Source of the DNA: an uncultured Ectothiorhodospiraceae bacterium
GTDB lineage: Bacteria > Pseudomonadota > Gammaproteobacteria > XJ16 > Halofilaceae
Assembly (NCBI GenBank): GCA_964478305.1
Contig: CAYZHJ010000003.1
Span: 4,364 to 68,363, forward strand
DNA: 64,000 nucleotides
Direction: 5' to 3'
Shown in pieces: positions 61,845 through 64,000 of this stretch. The first letter of the stretch is position 1, and every line of letters begins with the position of its first letter. The notes beneath the pieces were generated by a model, which was not told the DNA's origin, searched no databases, and saw only the letters and a list, made by a program, of their open reading frames with translations. The translations under genes were made by a program, and so were the position numbers.

Positions 61845-62774
61845 ATGAGCAATCGGGTTCCTTGCGGGGCTGTGCCCCGTGTTCTTGCGCGCGCACTGAC
61901 CACCGGTGCTGCTGCTCTTGCGCTGGCCGCCTGTGGCGGCGGCAGCAGTTCCGGCAGCGGTTCGCTCAGCCTGGGCGTAACCGACGGACCGGTCGATGAG
62001 GCCGATCATGTCTGGGTGCAGTTTTCCTCGGTCACGCTGAAGCCGGCCGCGGGCGAGCCCTTCACCATCGAGCTCGAGCCCGCCGAGCGGGTCGATCTGC
62101 TCGCGCAGCAGAACGGCAACAGCGAGCTGCTGCTGGAGAACGAGGAAGTGCCGGCGGGCGATTACGACTGGATCCGGCTGGGCGTGGATCTGGGCCCCGG
62201 CGAGACCGAGATCGTGTTTCCGGGCCCGGTCGCGCATGAGCTCGATATCCCCAGCGGCGCCCGGACCGGGCTCAAGCTGGTCAGCGGATTCAACGTCTCC
62301 ACCGCCGGTACCGCCGAGCTGACCATCGACTTCGACCTGCGCAAGTCCGTCATCGAGGCGCCGCCGGGTACCGATGACTACAAGCTCAAGCCGGCCCTGC
62401 GCCTGGTCAACAATGACGAGGCCGGCGAGATCGCCGTTACCGCGAGCGGCACGTACGTGGCGGACAACCAGTGCGGCAGCGACACGTCGCAACAGGCCGT
62501 CTATGTGTTCGCGGGCAACGGAGTCGTGCCGGACGACGTCAATACCCTGGACGACGCCGACGTCGATCCGGTCACGACCGTGCAGATCACCGACGAGGAC
62601 AGTGACGGGACCTACACCGGCACGGCGGGTTTCCTCGCCGCCGGCGACTACACCGTTGCCTATGTCTGCGATCCGGAAGACGATGCTGCGGAAGTCGACG
62701 ACGTCCTCACATTCCTCGATGTGCGTGACGTCGAGGTCGAGGCCGGCGAAACCGAGACCTACGAACTGCCCTGA
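61845..62774 (+). CDS. DUF4382-domain lipoprotein
   Basis: Lipobox LAAC; 'LSLGVTDGPVDEADHVWV', 'PAGDYDWIRL', 'LTIDFDLRKSV', 'YKLKPALRLV'. Confidence 0.85.
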   Translation: MSNRVPCGAVPRVLARALTTGAAALALAACGGGSSSGSGSLSLGVTDGPVDEADHVWVQFSSVTLKPAAGEPFTIELEPAERVDLLAQQNGNSELLLENEEVPAGDYDWIRLGVDLGPGETEIVFPGPVAHELDIPSGARTGLKLVSGFNVSTAGTAELTIDFDLRKSVIEAPPGTDDYKLKPALRLVNNDEAGEIAVTASGTYVADNQCGSDTSQQAVYVFAGNGVVPDDVNTLDDADVDPVTTVQITDEDSDGTYTGTAGFLAAGDYTVAYVCDPEDDAAEVDDVLTFLDVRDVEVEAGETETYELP

Positions 62775-63007
62775 TCGGTGGCTGCCGATCCGGCAGCCCG
62801 CGGATACGAGGGCCCGCCCGGCACAGCCGCCGGGCCCTTCCCGTGTCCGCTCGGCGGCACACGCTTCCGGGATGCTCGTTCGCGGATAATGCCGCCTTGT
62901 CACGCGGCGATCATTGCGCGACCATCCGGGGTACTGGGCACTCTCCCATACCTCGCCACCCCCCAAATGTGCTACCGTTCCGCGCTGTTTTTCGGGAGCG
63001 GTTTCCC

Positions 63008-63295
63008 ATGTCCCTGACCCCCGAGGAAGTGCGCAGGATCGCCCATCTGGCGCGGCTCGCCGTGAGCGACGACGAGGTCGCGGCTTATGCCGGCGAGTTG
63101 TCGCAGATTCTCGAGATGGTCGATCGCATGAACGCGGTCGACACCACAGGCATCACGCCGATGGCGCATCCGCAGCATGCGGTCCAGCGGCTGCGCCCGG
63201 ACGAGGTCACCGAAACCGACCAGCGCGAACGATTCCAGGCCATCGCTCCGGCCACCGAGCGAGGGCTGTATCTGGTGCCCCGCGTCGTCGAGTAG
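63008..63295 (+). CDS. gatC: Asp-tRNA(Asn)/Glu-tRNA(Gln) amidotransferase subunit C
   Basis: '[12 protein letters not shown]', 'PMAHP', '[10 protein letters not shown]'. Confidence 0.96.
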   Translation: MSLTPEEVRRIAHLARLAVSDDEVAAYAGELSQILEMVDRMNAVDTTGITPMAHPQHAVQRLRPDEVTETDQRERFQAIAPATERGLYLVPRVVE

Positions 63296-63335
63296 GCGAC
63301 GCCGCCCAATCACTGACCACGGATCGAGCCGGCCG

Positions 63336-64000
63336 ATGCACGATCGCACGATCGCCGAACTGTCGCGGGCCCTGGGAGCGGGCGAGGTCTCCAGCGTCGA
63401 GCTGACACAGGGCCTGCTCGATCGCATCGACTCGCGCGACGGCGACTACAACGCGTTCATCACGGTCACCCGCGAGCCGGCCCTGGAGCAGGCCCGCGCG
63501 GCCGACGCGGCACGCGCGGCCGGCAGGGCGGGACCGCTGGCCGGCGTGCCGTTCGCCCACAAGGACATCTTCTGCACCGACGGTGTGCGCACCTCCTGCG
63601 GCTCGCGCATGCTCGACGGTTTCGTCGCGCCCTACGACGCGACCGTGACGGCGAACCTGCGCGCCGCCGGCATGGTCATGCTCGGCAAGACCAACATGGA
63701 CGAGTTCGCCATGGGCTCGTCCAACGAGACCAGCTACTACGGCCCGGTGCGCAACCCTTGGGATCCCGAGCGCGTCCCGGGCGGCTCCTCGGGCGGCTCC
63801 GCCGCCGCGATCGCTGCGCGCCTGGCGCCCGGGGCGACCGGCACCGATACCGGCGGCTCCATTCGCCAGCCGGCCTCGCTGTGCGGCATCACGGGCTTGA
63901 AGCCCACCTATGGCCGCGTCTCGCGCTACGGCATGGTCGCCTTCGCCTCCAGCCTCGACCAGGCCGGGCCGATGGCGCGCACGGCCGAGGACTGCGCCCT
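63336..64000 (+). CDS. gatA: Glutamyl-tRNA(Gln) amidotransferase subunit A, 3'-truncated by the window edge
   Basis: Manual translation from ATG 63336: 'HKDIFCT', '[15 protein letters not shown]', '[12 protein letters not shown]', '[12 protein letters not shown]'. Confidence 0.96.
   Translation, partial: MHDRTIAELSRALGAGEVSSVELTQGLLDRIDSRDGDYNAFITVTREPALEQARAADAARAAGRAGPLAGVPFAHKDIFCTDGVRTSCGSRMLDGFVAPYDATVTANLRAAGMVMLGKTNMDEFAMGSSNETSYYGPVRNPWDPERVPGGSSGGSAAAIAARLAPGATGTDTGGSIRQPASLCGITGLKPTYGRVSRYGMVAFASSLDQAGPMARTAEDCA

Overview
A 64 kb, very GC-rich chromosomal segment, most likely from a gammaproteobacterium. Its strongly acidic exported proteins and a DoeB-like ectoine-catabolism enzyme suggest a halophile (inference). 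Most of the window is housekeeping: argA-argE-ilvD, pabB, rep, ppc, ampD-ampE, a degP/two-component cluster, sucA-sucB-lpd-sucC-sucD, rsmJ, mreBCD and gatC-gatA. There is no CRISPR array, rRNA, tRNA, transposase or prophage. Four things stand out. (1) A two-gene HU module in which the second HU domain is fused through a long linker, one transmembrane helix and a periplasmic linker to a LysM domain; this is a candidate DNA-membrane-peptidoglycan tether. (2) A family of nested 'Russian-doll' inverted-repeat elements built from 9-11 bp periodic units, lying mostly between co-oriented genes; two of them share an outer scaffold but carry different inner hairpins. (3) A TtpC-type TonB operon plus TonB-dependent receptor, followed by a very acidic beta-helix lipoprotein behind a Pho-box-like promoter. 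(4) An ECF sigma/anti-sigma/Slam-like barrel/DUF4382 lipoprotein module between mreB and gatC, with three copies of a GGAACC-N16-CGTG promoter. Two MITEs abutting CTAG sites and several GTAG-type REP doublets are also present. Start codons were adjusted by eye; family assignments come from motif recognition, not database searches.
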